Notes: generated from the sequence alone by a model not told the origin. Counted from the first letter of the stretch, positions 26,095 to 40,734 are shown. The stretch is 64,000 bases of DNA from Octopus sinensis (GCF_006345805.1 NC_043006.1:48794001-48858000); one strand, 5' to 3'. Made by a program: numbers and translations.

Positions 26095-26317
26095 TTAACC
26101 CTTTTATTGCTATATTTCTACTGGGTTACACAATCCTTACCTAGATTGGTTTTAAAAATAATGAAGAATTTTGTACAGTAACTTCGTCATTATCAAGCTG
26201 GTATTGAAACATAGATTAAATTTCGAAGGAATATTTTAATTTCAAGTACTTCAGAACAGGAAGTTTGTATCAAAAAACCAGGGACAGTTTCGGGCAAGTT
26301 GGTATCAAAAGGGTTAA
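26095..26317. mobile_element. piggyBac-like MITE, family G, diverged
   Basis: TTAACCCTTTT...GGTATCAAAAGGGTTAA. Confidence 0.55.
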
Positions 26318-27280
26318 TCTTACTTAAAATGATTTTTAAAAAAAAATTTTTTTTTGCTTATATTATTTAATGTCCTTCAAAAAATGGGTATAACAGCCAG
26401 TTAATATGTTTCAGCTTTCCCATAAACATGAGTCAGTATGCCCGTGCAAGAGGATATTGCTTTGTTTTCTCAAGTTGGTTCTGACACCAACTTTTAAAGA
26501 AATAACAAAAGAAAATATCATCCTTCATCATACTCCCATTTTTTTTTTTCATATATATATATAACATAATCTCAGTTTTGTTAAAATTATATCCTGGAAA
26601 ACTCTTGATAACCATCTAAAACACATCTTTATGCACACCACATGTGCACACACATACTGTTATGTTCACTCCTGTTCTATTTTTTGATTGTTGTGTATAT
26701 TATGAAGTATCTAGATGCTTCATCATACAGTCTACAATTTTGTCGTTCTGAATATAAAAGTGAGTTGGCTAATGTTAGGTTAATTGTGTGATTACAGAGT
26801 TTGCTTTGCAGCCTTCTCATAGTTTCACATTTTATTTGACTTTAGTTCCTTGAGCAACTGTAATCTATCATAGTCTTAAAATGACCAAGTGTCTTGTGAA
26901 TGGAATCTGGAAATTGTATAGATACCTGTGGTGTGTGTGTGTGTGTGTGCGTATGTGCACGTATTGGTTTCAGTATGATCTGTGATGTGGTTGATATTAA
27001 GAAAGGCATCCAACCTTAGAAACCTAACTAAGAATCTTTTCTACCCTAACCACAAGGCCTGAAATTTTAGGGGAGGGGGCCAGTCAATTAGATCAAACCC
27101 ATAACACAACTGGTACTTACTTTATCGACCCTGAAAGGATAGAAACCTAAGAATGAAACCTACAAATGAGACGTGGTTTTCCAGCCTGTCTAGGAGAGCT
27201 GCAATGAGCCATCCTACCTACGCCAACATGATAAAGCAGGTTTTAAAAAAATAAGAAGGATATTACACACATGCACATGA

Positions 27281-27579
27281 AAAAGAGCATTCGAGCATGG
27301 TCGTTGCCAGTGCCACTGGACTGCCTCCCGTGCAGGTAGCATGTAAAAAACACCTTTTGAGATGGTTGTTGCGAGAACCGCCTGACTTGTCTTCATGCCG
27401 GTGGCACTTAAAAGCACCCACTACACTCTCGGAGTGATTGGCGTTAGGAAGGGCATCCAGCTGTAGAAAGTTTGCCAGATCAGATTGGAGCCTGGTGCAG
27501 CCTCTGGCTCCCCAGTCCTCAGTCAAACTGTCCAACCCATGCCAGCATGGAAAGCAGACATTAAACGATGATGATGATG
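27281..27579 (+). mobile_element. SINE family D with (GAT)n tail
   Basis: Same 3' body and tail as 1910-2081. Confidence 0.8.
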
Positions 27580-28067
27580 CACATATGCACACACATACAA
27601 ATACACTAACTTACAAGCACACACTCTCTCAGACTTATGTATACTTCCTTTGCTACCATATATCAGTGAAAGATTGAAGAACCCAGTCCCTTCTATCAAT
27701 TTGCAGCTGCTCCATAGTTGCTCTTAGTATCAGAATGTAATGATGCAATAATTCACCAATTAGAGATCTTGTTACCAGTGACACTATTGTTAAGAAATTA
27801 CATTATCAAATGAATATATAAGCAGAAAATTATTACAGGCGTTGGATGTAATTTAATCATTTCCTGGATCACAGACATCTGTATGACCAGATCTTCATTC
27901 TGGTTTGTAAAATGCAAAGATGACAAACATCTCTTGTTTTGCTATTGTATTTTTCTACCTGAGGAGTAAACTTGCTGTAGTATATAATCGTGTGTCCTAA
28001 TTGATACTTGCTGCAGATATGAACTCATGTCATCATCATCAATTTACATCTGCTTTTCCATGCATAC

Positions 28068-28450
28068 AAAGTGGTGAGCTGGCAGAAACGTTAGCACACT
28101 GGATAAAATGCTTAGTGATGTTTCATCTGTCTTTACATTCTGAGTTTCACCCTTTCGGGGTCGATCTATCGACTGGCCCCCTCTCCAAAAATTTCAGGCC
28201 TTGTGCCTAGAGTAGAAAATAATATTTCAGCATTTGTAAAGCGGCGAGCTGGCAGAAACGTTAGCATGCTGGGCAAAATGCTTAGCAGTATTTCCTCTGT
28301 CTTACGTTCTGAGTTCAAATTCCGCCAAGGTTAACTTTACTTTTGTCCTTTCGGGATCAATAAATTAAGTACCAGTTACATACTGCTGTCGCTCTAATCA
28401 ACTGCCCCATCCCCCAAAATTTTGGACCTTCTGCCTAGAGTAGAAAAGGA
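28068..28450 (+). mobile_element. Two head-to-tail family C SINEs
   Basis: Heads at about 28068 and 28238; the first has an internal deletion. Confidence 0.8.
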
Positions 28451-29734
28451 TCGGATGAATTTTCATAGCCTGGGTTAGTTCTTATTTAAAGTTAATGTTA
28501 TCCAAAGGGATTCTGAGACCACATTATACTCATACATTTCATTTTATGGCAACCACTCTAAAGAGCATACTGGATGCATTTTATTATGGTACCAGCACTA
28601 ATGAGGTCATTTTGCCCGCAGCAAGACTAAAATGTCTTCTCTACTCTACACTATCTTCTAATTTATTTATGTAATGTTACTCCAAGAATTGAAAGCCGAA
28701 TCACATTATTAGTACTTCTATTATGACTTATCATTTCCCAAAAGGACACCAACTCTTACAAAATGCACACCAGCTTATAATGCCCATTAACATGGAGCTA
28801 AATTGCCTAAACCATTTAGCATCATGTGTTTTGACTATGGACATGGTACCGTTCCCAATCAGAGATTACAAATAGATAACCCCCTTTGTTGATTGATTGA
28901 TTTTTGATTGGAATCAGTTATCTACAATTCTCTTTATGATTTATAAACCATCTTGTTCCACTTATCTGTCTCCAGTAATTTTCAAAGAACATGATTTCAG
29001 TTCAGACCTGTAAGCGAACAACACTTCACAGCAGTATAATGGTGCTTATCTACAGCATAATGAATTGCACCATTTTGTCATTACTGTCCTTCCAACAACA
29101 TTGATAACATGACACATTGTAAATAGCTTCCAATGAACTAAATTAGAAAAACTCTACTATCGTAATATCACTGTAGAAAATTGAACTCTGTTGTGATAAA
29201 AGTATGTTTAGTAGAAAGTGAAACTTTGTTATTTTTATTATGAAGTTGTATTCCTGTCTTAAGCTCTGTGATGCTATAAGATAATATTCAGGCACTCAAC
29301 TATGACCCCACTAAATCTTCTGGGAGAAACAGCTGTGAGCTAGTGAAGTTTATAACTGTTTATTCCTTTATCAGTTGAATTTCTTTATATATATATATAG
29401 TACTTTCTAAAATCTCTGACAAAGCCTAGAGAAATACCCAAGTACCTCAATTTCATCTACTTATTACTTCAGTCTACTGGAGAAATAAAGGTAGAATTAG
29501 ATATTTTTGCCTCTTGGCCAAAACAGCTGTAAGATATTTTCCCAATTTATATTCCTGTATATTATATTTTAATAATTACTGGTATCTTTATATATTTTAT
29601 ATGTAAAGCATCATATGTTATACATGTATGTATATTCTTGTAATTGTCATTTTAGTAAATAAATAAATAATTTGACACGATATAATGTCTAAAAGTTGAT
29701 GAACCACCTATTGATCCCCTCCATTTTCTTATTG

Positions 29735-29780
<46 letters not shown>

Positions 29781-30093
29781 TTATTAAACTGTCTTCCATA
29801 ATATTTTATATATTGAAACACAGGAATTGAAGTATTTGATTCCAGCCCATTTTTCGGCAGACACTACACATAAATTCAACTGTCTAAGAATAAGTACTGC
29901 TTATGCTCATTTTCTTTTTCATCACACCAAGAAAGAACAACTTACTCTGCTCTTCTTGATTTCTTAAGAAATGTGTGAATTTTGCAGAATTTTCCAACCT
30001 ATGAAAAGAAACAAAAATATAGAAGGGAAAACTGTTAAAGGAACTTGTATGTCATAAATGGAAAAAATATGTAGGTTATGAATAAATTAAGAT

Positions 30094-30460
30094 AGGCACA
30101 GGAGTGGCTGTGTGGTAAGTAGCTTGCTTACCAACCACATGGCTGCGGGTTCAGTCCCACTGCATGGCACCTTGGGTAAGTGTCTTCTACTATAGCCTTG
30201 TGAGTGGATTTGGTAGATGGAAGCTGAAAGAAGCCCGCCGTGTATGTGTATATATGTATGTGTGTGTGTCTATGTTTGTCCCCCCATTATCGCTTGACAA
30301 CCGTTGTTGGTGTGTTTACGTCCCTGTAACTTAGCGGTTCAGCAAAAGAGTCCGATAGAATAAGTACTAGGCTTACAAAGAATAAGACCTGGGGTTGAAT
30401 TGTTCGACTAAAGGCGGTGCTCCAGCATGGCTACAGTCAAATGACTGAAACAAATAATGA
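30094..30460 (+). mobile_element. tRNA-derived SINE family A, near full length
   Basis: A-box-like tggctgtgtgg, B-box-like gggttcagtcc, CORE-like ggcaccttgggtaagtgtc, 3' ggcggtgctccagcatggc...tgactgaaaca. Confidence 0.85.
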
Positions 30461-31054
30461 AGAGAAAAAAAATTAAAAAAAGCAACCATGGAAGTAGTTG
30501 TGAGGTCAATGTTTCATGCAGTGCCAACCAATTATGTTTTGTCTGTAACCCAATGCACTTAGTTGCTGTTGGTTATTTTATGGTAAAGAACAAACCAACT
30601 ATTTTACGTTATTGGTAGCATTCTTGTTGAAAGTTCCACAGCTTCCTGTGCTGTGTTCAGCATTTGCTGTAATGTATGTCTGTATTGTCACTGTGATTCT
30701 ATGCATATTGCTAGCAAAGATATTGCTGCTTTCTCTAACAGTGGGACTGTATCTGGAACCATGTGTTTGGGAAGCAAACTTCTTACCACACAGCCACATC
30801 TAAATAAAAGTTACAAAATACAGAGCAAAATGAAATAAAAATGAGTGGTGTTTATTTATGTGATGAGTGAGTTTACATACGTGATACAATACCTATGTAG
30901 CTAAGTATATTCTTTCCAATTGAATTTTTTTTTTTTAAATCTCGAAATATAAATTTTTTTTTTCATTTTCTTCCATGTCTAAAACCAATCCTATGTATTT
31001 GCAGTTCCATTTAATATTTTATAACATTTTAATGGTATTATCTTAATTTCAACC

Positions 31055-31240
31055 TACCATTTTCGATGGCATAAAAGATGCATGGGCATATTAAACACAC
31101 CCCTATTTCACCCACATATTAAATGCACCTCAAGTTTTTAATGCATCAAAGCATGTAATATAGGCCCAACTTAACATAAAGGACCCAGGGTGATTTTTTT
31201 TTGGAAAAAATATGTATCTTGTGTGCCATCAAATATGATA
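31055..31240. mobile_element. Degenerate pogo/Tc-like MITE
   Basis: Imperfect inverted ends ttttcgatggcataaaagatgca / tgtatcttgtgtgccatcaaata. Confidence 0.4.
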
Positions 31241-31899
31241 ATATACGAAGCTAAAAATCCTATTTTTACTTCTATAATTTGAAATTTTTATTTCAACCAT
31301 CTCATCTTTTACTATGGTGTAATTTTTTTTTCTTTTTATTACATCTTTATCCTCATCCCCACTGTCCCTCTCTCACTGTCTTTCTTCAATAGCATCCAAC
31401 TTTTTTTCATGCTAGTCTTTGATTTTTACATTATCACATTTGTTTAAATTACTCAAACCCCTATCTTGTAATTCTAACATGATCGAGAATCTTCAACATG
31501 TATCAGTTTGATTTGACCCAGTGTTTTGCATGCCATTGTTCACTTAACATTTTGTTTCATATAACCTGTTACTTCAATAAGAAACTTTTTCATTTTTTTT
31601 ATTCTTATTCAATTCCATCAAACTATGGGGCCAATACAGGATTTTAGCATTAGAACAATTGTTTATTTAATATCATATTTAATAAAAAAAAGCCTTTAAT
31701 CTTTTAGTGTTTAAACTGGTCATGTCTGATGCAAATATTCTACCTACTTTTAATTTAAAACTGTCCAGAACCAGCGTCTGACACCATCCTACAATGCCAT
31801 TCTAGGAATAAACAATCGTATCATCAAAATCTCAAAGCTCAAGGATAATGCAAGATTAATTCAAAGCAATGTGAATAAACAATTGAATTATACTCCAAA

Positions 31900-32730
31900 A
31901 GATTTAAGTTCGAATCAGCAGTAAAAACCACCAAGAAAGAATGTGCTTAACTACATAGATATTGTACCATAGACTACATATGACAAACTTGCCTTTCATC
32001 CTTTTGGGGTTGATAAAATATCACTCAAGTACTGGGGTCTGGCTATGTGCCAGAAATAAAAAGAAATTACTACTGGTATTATAATTAAGGCACTCTCTTG
32101 TCTTTTCATTCTGAGTTCAAATTCCGCGAAAGTCACAGGGTCAATGAAATAAATACCAGTCAAGTACAGGTGTCGATGTAATCAAGTAGACCCTCCCCTC
32201 CTCCTCCAAAATTTCAGGCTTTTTACCTGTAGTAGAAAAGATTATTATGATTATTATTATATTGAGGTGGTCCGCTGGCAGAATCGTTGGCACGCTGGGC
32301 AAAATGCTTTACAGCATTTCGTCCATCTTTACACTCTGAGTTCAAATTCCGCCAAGGTCAGCTTTGCCTTTCATCTTTTCGGGGTCAATAAATTAAGTAG
32401 CAATGAAACACTGGGGTTGTTGTAATCGACTACTCCCCTCCTCCAAAATTGCAGGCCTTGTGCCCCTAGCTGAAAGGATTATTATTATTAATATTATTAA
32501 GGCCATGAGCTGGCAGAATCATTAGCATGCTGGGCCAAATGCTTAGCAGTATTTCATTCATCTTCATGTTCTGAGTTCAAATTCCACCGAGGTCATCTTT
32601 GCCCTTCATCTATTCAGAGTTGATAAAATAAGTACCAGTAGAGTAATGGGTTTTAGGTAAATGATTTACCCTCTCACCCAAAATTGCTGGCCTTGTGCCA
32701 AAATTTGAAATCATTATTATTATTATTATC
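31900..32730 (+). mobile_element. Cluster of about 4 family C SINEs and fragments separated by (ATT)n tails
   Basis: Repeated gagttcaaattcc...aagtaccag...ggccttgtgcc motifs. Confidence 0.75.
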
Positions 32731-33679
32731 ATATTGTAAATTTGAACTGGAAGTATTTCATTTACCAATCCAATTTGATTCCTAATCCTAACCTTATGAC
32801 ATACTGTGCTAACTCCTCTGAGAAGGGCATGTGTACCACAAACTTCTCGGACACTTTCCCTTCCTCCACCAAAGATTTGAATAATGATATTACTTTCGTT
32901 GTTGTTGTTGTTGTTATAAGAATCACCTAAGCAAAATTAACAACCTCACATTCGGTCTTCATCTCAAATCATTATAGTTAAAGGTGAAATGAAAATTTAA
33001 ACCAGCAAATTTATCTCCTTCATTCGCTTTATATATTGTTTGCTTATTTTAGTTCTGTTTATTTAATCTATCACCAGGTTTGTGTTGTAAGCATTCAAAC
33101 TAAGTTTCTGGTCTGAAGTTAACTTGATATAAGTACACCACCAACTGTCCATCATCCTTGGTTCCAGACCCATGCCAAATTACATGTTTTTCTGGACTAA
33201 CAGGGGTCATTTAATAATGATTCGATGTAAAAACTTAGAAAACTACAACGCTATTGATAATGTTTCTCTACCCAAAATTTCTCTATGGTATAAACTAATG
33301 CATGAAGCTGGAAACACTTTCTCTTGACCTCTTTGAAGGTATGAATATCAAGTGTTCTCTCATAATTATGTCTTAATTAAAAGAGATGGCAGAGTATCTA
33401 TTGATCTATCATCTTTCTCTCTTACCCCACAATAGCCTCAGAAGTCATGCCAAGACAAAAAAAAAAAAGCGAAAAATTATTTGCACTGTTCTCCTTCTAA
33501 ATAAACCAAAGGGAAAGAAAAATAATAAAAATACAACCAGAAACAAATTTCTTCTGACAATCTTTGGTTGTGCATTCCTACCATTTCTTCAATCACTAAT
33601 TTGGAATATCTTTACACCTACATCAATAAATAACTATTCATGAATATGAAAGTACAGTTGACCATCACTCACAAACATA

Positions 33680-33970
33680 TATAACTTGGTGGCATGTACC
33701 ATGCTTTCACTAATTGCTTAAGGTACCTATGTTAGCCATGAGCAGGCTTAGATACCCTCGCTGACCTCTCACCTTTGGCCCAATGGAACATCCAAGTTGT
33801 GAAAGCTGGAATGAGAGAGAGCTGCATCCCCACTGGCATTCATTTATACCTAAGATTTCAGCACTGCAAAATGAAATTCCTTGTTCGTGACAGCATGCTA
33901 CCCTATCCAGGAACTGAACTCACGACCTTTCGATCAGGAGCCAAACGCTCTTACCACTGGGCCACTTGGC
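33680..33970 (-). mobile_element. SINE with a tRNA-Arg(CCT)-like head and a different body
   Basis: Minus strand GTGGCCCAGTGGTAAGAGCGTTTGGCTCCTGATCGAAAGGTCGTGAGTTCAGTTCC; poor acceptor stem. The 3' boundary is approximate. Confidence 0.55.
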
Positions 33971-34119
33971 ACCAATGCCATTCTTATATTATATTTCTAA
34001 TTTCATATTTTAAGTGTGAAATAGTTTATACACGGAATCGTATATGAAGAATTATTGAAAGCATGCTAGGTTTGTTTTGAGACTGTTTTTTCTTCTTTTT
34101 TTTTTGCTTCCTCAAATTG

Positions 34120-34159
<40 letters not shown>

Positions 34160-34496
34160 TACATACATATAGTGTTGTTGCTGTATCATTCTTCAGCAGA
34201 AATGATTTCATTTAGAATTAGTGCTGCCCTCCATCTGATAGCATGTTCACCACTCCCTCCTCATATACCGAACCTATACACTCTCTCACAGACACATTAT
34301 TAACTCACAGATTCGCACGTACTAACTTCAATGCACACACTGGAGGCTTCAACTAACATTTTCCGTAATTACAAACTTTATGATAATAATATAACAATTT
34401 GGACAAACGGTTTAACACATTAGGATATTAGCTTTCCACTTACATATGCATCTGCTTAATGTATGTTTAGTGTGTTTGTATAAAAATATGAGTGAC

Positions 34497-34665
34497 TAGG
34501 TACAGGGGTGGCTGTGTGGTAAAAAGCTTGCTTCCCAACCACACGATATTGGGTTCAGTCTCACTGCGTGGCACCCGGAGCAAGTATCTTCTATTATAGC
34601 CTTGGGTCAACCAAGGCCTTGTAAGTGGATTTGGTAGATGGAAGCTGAAAGAAGACCATTGTATG

Positions 34666-34711
<46 letters not shown>

Positions 34712-34900
34712 CTTGTTATCACCATCGCTTGACAACTGATGTTGGTGTGTTTATATCCCCCCATAACTTAGCAATTCGACAAAAAGACCCCGATAGAATA
34801 AGTACTGGGCTTACAAAGGAAAAGCACTGGGGTTGATTTGTTTGACTAATGGTGGTGCTCCAGCATGGCTGCAGTCAAATGATTTAGACAAGTAAGAAGA
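34497..34900 (+). mobile_element. tRNA-derived SINE family A
   Basis: Same head, body and tail as 30094-30460. Confidence 0.85.
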
Positions 34901-36376
34901 GGAAGAAGAGTATGTATCTTGGAATGACTACACATACATACATTATATACATGTGTGTGTGGATATATATATATATATATATCAGTTGCTTGTTGTAGAC
35001 TTTCTCTGGTAATATAGGAATAGTTTCCAGTATTCTCATCCAAAATGGAAAGGAGTACCAACACTTCAATGTGATGTATTTGGACTTGTGAAGAGATCTT
35101 CACATGAAACCATTAGTTGCCTTAGTAATCTACAAATAAAGTGTGTGTGTGTGTATACATACATATATATAATGTTAATCATCTAGTGAACAAAAAGTGG
35201 CTCAGGCTTGGCACCTTACAGTATGCACCATCCTGGCCACAACAAGTCAGGACTTACTCTCTGAAAGGCTGTAAATGGTGATATTCGGCAAGGTTCTTGG
35301 AAGATAATATGCAGATATGCAAAGGAAGCATTTATATACTGAACCAGGGCATGTTGACAATAGAGAATCATATTGAGACCTCGAGTTCACCTGTTCTCTG
35401 TATGTATTATTATGCATAATAAAGGTATCCCCCATATGGAAACATTGTATTGCTGAAAATAGTCCTGTAATGTAGAATTTCATAATGCAACACCTATGTT
35501 CCCCATTAACTTCCATATATATACATATATAATTGTTAATATCGTAAGAATTTATAAACTTTTGAGAACATGAAATAATTTGTTTTTAGACCATGTTTGA
35601 AGCACATAACGCTATAAATAATAATAAGCAAATAGTGGGTTGAAAAATCTCTTTTGGATAGAAAGAGTAGAATATATATATATATATATGTTGTGTTAAG
35701 GAATTATCCATTTTGAATTATAAATATATAAAATACAGTATGAAGGACCATATGGAAGAGCTACATTTACAGATATGCCTTATAAACAAAGAAATTGAGT
35801 TGAAAACCTTTCTAATTTTATAAATATATTCATTGGCATACATAGAGAGATAGATATAAATAGAAAGTTGCACATACAGACACGCACACACAACCATTTG
35901 TCCATTGATGCTGAAGATCTGCTTTACAATGTTACCTACTTGTGGATCGCTCCAATTCAACAATTCAACAACCTAGATGTCCACGTTGTATCTACCTCAT
36001 ATCAACTTGCCTTGTCTTGTGAATTCTAATCTGTCACCTCATTTGTAATTGGCTACTGTGCATGTAACATGCTGACTGCAGAGTAGGTAACATCTTGTTG
36101 AATGTCTTACTTGGGCTGTAGGTTTGTTCACAAAAGCTGTGGGGGGGGGGGATGGTACAGTTCTCTTCATTGAACGAATGATGTTGATGAAAATACAACT
36201 GTTGTGTGTGTTTGGGGGGTGGAGTAGAATTAGGTAAAGCTTCAAAACAAAGACTAACTTGTAAGTAATGGTAATTGACGTATATAATGATCGAGACTCT
36301 CAGTTTGGAAGATTAGGCAGATATTAGGATAAAACAGTGAGAGTCATGAAAGAAATTATTTCTACCATTTAACAGT

Positions 36377-37173
36377 TTAACCCTTTCATTACTGTATTTA
36401 TTTTGAGATGCTCTGTGTTTCTTTCAATTAATTTTAAATATAACAAAGAATTTACTTAGTTATCATTCAGCTAGTGTTAGGAATATATTTTGATCCTTTT
36501 GTTACCATATTTCTGTTAAGATGTTCTGTGTTTCTTTCAATTAATTTTAAATATAACAAAGAATTTAGTAAAGTAACTTAGTTACCATTCAGCTGGTGTT
36601 AGGAACATAAATTGTGACTAAGGTTTGGTAAAAGATTTTAATTCAGAACATATGAAAACAAGACTTTTGTACTACAGAACCAGAGCTGGTTTCAGCCAGG
36701 TTGGTATCAAAAGGGTTAAGAATTGCTTCTCTGTATATTTTGACCCTTTCGTTACCATATTTCTGTTGAGATGCTCTGTGTTTCTTTCAATTAATTTTAA
36801 ATATAACAATGAATTTAGTAAAATAACTTAGTTGTCATTCAGCTGGTGTTAGGGACATAAATTGTGACTAAGGTTTGGTGGAAGATTTTAATTCAAAACT
36901 TATGAAATCAAGACATTTGTACTACAGTGCCAGAGGCAGTTTCGAGTCGGGTTGGTATCAAAAGGTTAAGAATTGCTTCTCTGTATATTTTGACCCTTTT
37001 TGTTACCATATTTCTGCTGAGATGTTCTGTGTTTTTTTCAATTAATTTTAAATATAATAAAGAATTTAGTATAATAACTCAGTTATCATTAAGAATTCAA
37101 AACTTATGAAAACAAGACATTTGTACTGCAGAGCTAGAGGTGGTTTCAACCAGTTTGATGTCAAAAGGGTTAA
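36377..37173. repeat. Tandem array of family G MITE units, 250-bp period, about 4 units, two truncated
   Basis: Units start at 36494, 36744 and 36994. Shared spacer gaattgcttctctgtatattttga. Confidence 0.85.
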
Positions 37174-37803
37174 CCAACAAGAATGACTTATTAAATTCAA
37201 GTTGCACTAATTTTGTTCTACGATGTGGCTGGGGTTTTTGTTGGGTTTTTTTTTGTTTATTTATATATATATATATCAAGGACGTGCCGCCTGGGTAGGC
37301 AAGGTAGACAATGCCTACCCTGAATGAAATAGACCAATAGTAACATCTTCATTTTATGGCAAAATATGCACCTAATTCACTAAAATTATGAAGGTTACTC
37401 TGATTATTATGCATAAAATACAAAATAATTTTTTTTTTTTTTTTGTAGATTAGGTTGTCATAATTCACCCCTCCTTTCAATTTCAGTATTTAAGCTACAC
37501 ACAGTACAACTGTAGTACACATGCTGCGTACATTCCTACAACTATATTTTCTTTACGCTCCATAAAGGCAGAAGTAAATCTGCCTCCAACTCAGTCACAT
37601 GCCTGTGTTTCGCTTATTTTTTTGTATGTGTTTACTACATAAAGGTCACCAACTGCCTCCTCTGAGTAATTACTCACGGCACATGCCTGATAATATATAT
37701 ATATCTTAGTAATTTTAATGTTATTAGACAAGTCAATTAAGTTATATACCTTATATGGTACCAGTATCTTCCAATGCATATTATTGATATTACAAAACCA
37801 TTG

Positions 37804-38030
37804 AAGGCAGCAAAAGCTGGCAGAGTTGTTAGCATGCTGGGCAGCACACTAAACAACATTTCATTTGTCTTTACATTCTGAGTTCCAAATTCCACCACGG
37901 TTGACTTTGCTTTTCATCCTTTTGAGGATCAATAAAACAAGTACCAGTTACATACTGGGGGTCGATCTAATCAACTGGCTCCCCTCCCCCAAGCTTGCTG
38001 GCCTTGTCTCAAAATTCTAAACGAATATTA
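37804..38030 (+). mobile_element. SINE family C
   Basis: Family core motifs present. Confidence 0.75.
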
Positions 38031-38547
38031 GAAAACCGTTCATTATTGACAGACTCTGCAAACTAAATTACACGACCTTTTATTATACATACATGTATTA
38101 TTTATGATAATTATCATGTACAGAAGTACATTTACAATCACTACTCTGTACATGGCTATTATTCCAGAAACTGTTATAGATACAGTGGTATTATTACCAA
38201 AACTAATTTGCATGTATTAATCATAATCATCATCATTGTCGTCGTCGTTTTACATCCACTCTTCCATGCTGACATGGATTGAATGGGCTTTCTGGGGCAG
38301 ATATCTTTCCTGCTGCCAAACACTGGGTACATACCCTAAACTCGGGAAACCTGCAGCTGTTATAACATACTGCATACTATTATAATTATTATTAGCCCAT
38401 TTTAACCCAGGTTGATCTTGTCAAAATTTTGAAGAAAGTTATATAAGTAGGGATAACAAACATATGGAAGTTTATAGTTAACCTTTATTGCAGTAAATAA
38501 ACCAAATACAACTGTCCTTATACAAGGACAGTGGGTTAATATGGGTT

Positions 38548-38754
38548 AAGGTGGTGAGCTGGCAGAATTGTTAGCATGCTGGGCAAAATAGCATTGCACC
38601 TAACCTTGTGTTCTGAGTTCAAATTCCGCCAAGGTTAACTTTGCGTTTCATCCTTTGGGGGTCGATTACATAAGTACCAGTGAAACACTGAGATTGATGT
38701 AATCGACTAGTTCCCTCCCCAAAAATTTTAGGCCTTGTGCCTATAGCAGACAGA

Positions 38755-38792
<38 letters not shown>

Positions 38793-39010
38793 GGCGGTGA
38801 ACTGGCAAAATTGTTAGCATGCCTTGCAAAATGCTTACTGTCCTTACGTTCTGAGTTCAAATTCCACGATGGTCATTTTGCCTTTCATCCTTTCGAGGTC
38901 TATAAAATAAGTACCAGTTGAGTACTGGGGTTAATGTAATCAGCTATCCCCACCTCCCTAAAATTTCAGGCCTTGTGTGTATGGTAGAAATGATTATTAT
39001 TATTATTACA
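38548..39010 (+). mobile_element. Two head-to-tail family C SINEs joined by (ATT)n
   Basis: Heads at about 38548 and 38791. Confidence 0.8.
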
Positions 39011-40119
39011 TGAGCTGTTATTAATATGCTAATATTTTAAAAATTCAATCTGGTAGCTTGATTAAACAAAATATACTTACAATGTAAATTTAGCTCGATA
39101 AATTTTTATGAATGAATTATTATTAGGGCATTTTTAAAAAAAAAATTCTATTTTATTTCATTTCACATTGTGACATCTCAAATATATATATTTACACTTC
39201 CTGGTTTAAATGTAATAATGAAACTTTTCTTGCTCTGCTCTTTGTCTCTACGTTAAACATCAATTAATTCATTAACTTAAACAGTATATTTGTTACATAT
39301 TCCTTCTTTACATTCTACTTCCACTGCTAAGACTACCAATGTACACACACACACACACACATACATACATACACTCATACGAACATTTATATATGCACAT
39401 GTATGTATTTGTATGTGTGTATGTTTATGTAGTTTTTCAAACTATTTTATTATGATATTTGTTGTTGATACTTATCAATAAATGTGATAATCATTTTTAA
39501 ATGGAATATTCAATGTCCTTGTTAGTTAGTAGTAGCATTGATAATAATAAATAATCTATTAAACTTAACCGATGTTTATATGATATATTTTCTGACTTTG
39601 TTCTTCAACTTTTGTTATTATATGCACCACCACCCCTTTTACACCCCTTGCCCAACTCCAATGATTTTTTTTTATTATATATATTTATATTTTTTTACGA
39701 TCATTTTCTTTTTTAAAAATCTTTTTGATCTCATTTAATATCTTCATCCTCCCTGTCTTCCACTCATAATTTTCTAATTTTCTGTTCCACAATGTTTGGT
39801 TTCCTCTTACCTATCCCACCTTTTTCTCTTTGCACTCCTTTTTTTCTATCTTAATTCCTTCCCAGCCACCTTTGTACCCCCCCCCCCATCAGTCCACCCT
39901 TTACCCAGTTTAACAGTATCGATCCTCCCCTTCATCTTTCCACACCAGTCACACCAATCCATTCGCCTCCCTGCCCCCTCACTTTTATTATACTCTGCCA
40001 GCCTCTACCATCACCACCTCTCTCTGCCACAGGCAGTAAACCTCCTTATTTTCTCAGTTAACACCCCTGTTTTCTGATCTTTATTTAATTCTATTATTTA
40101 TTATTATTATTATTATTTT

Positions 40120-40150
<31 letters not shown>

Positions 40151-40400
40151 CATCACTGTCCATTCTTTAGAGCCTGAAACTGGCCAGAACCCATCTGAGA
40201 ATTGTGACTTTCTGTTGCGTGTAAGGCCAGGTAATATACGTATGTGTGTATATATATCTATATATACATACATGTATATTTGTATAAATTACATATGTGT
40301 GTATATATGTTTGTGTGTATGTATCATATATATATATATATTATATATATATATAGTTCATGTTGTAAGAATCTGGGAACTTGGAGAACATGAAATAATT

Positions 40401-40687
40401 CTTTTTAGGAATGGTAAATCTTGAACCAGACAAAGCTATAAATATTAGCATATAAATTTTGAGTTAAAAACAAAACCCTTTTTGGATAGAAAATGTCAAA
40501 TGCTGACCAGACAACCCAAGTCCACATCTACCATTATTAGAATGCTGGTTATGTCTACAGGAGACATGGTTTCAGATCCCACACGCAGCCTTCAATTTTT
40601 TTCCATCCAAAAGGGGTCTTTTAACCTAATATTTACACTCTTTTATTTATAGCTTTATCTGGTTCAAGACTCACCATTCCTAAAAAG
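40401..40687. mobile_element. Foldback/MITE-like element with about 45-bp inverted ends
   Basis: ctttttaggaatggtaaatcttgaaccagacaaagctataaata vs tatttatagctttatctggttcaagactcaccattcctaaaaag. A related fragment lies at about 35565-35665. Confidence 0.6.
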
Positions 40688-40697
40688 AGTGTGTGTG

Positions 40698-40734
<37 letters not shown>

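Noticed and set aside
33900-33970. Genuine tRNA-Arg gene
   Set aside because: Acceptor and T stems are broken and it continues into a SINE-like body.
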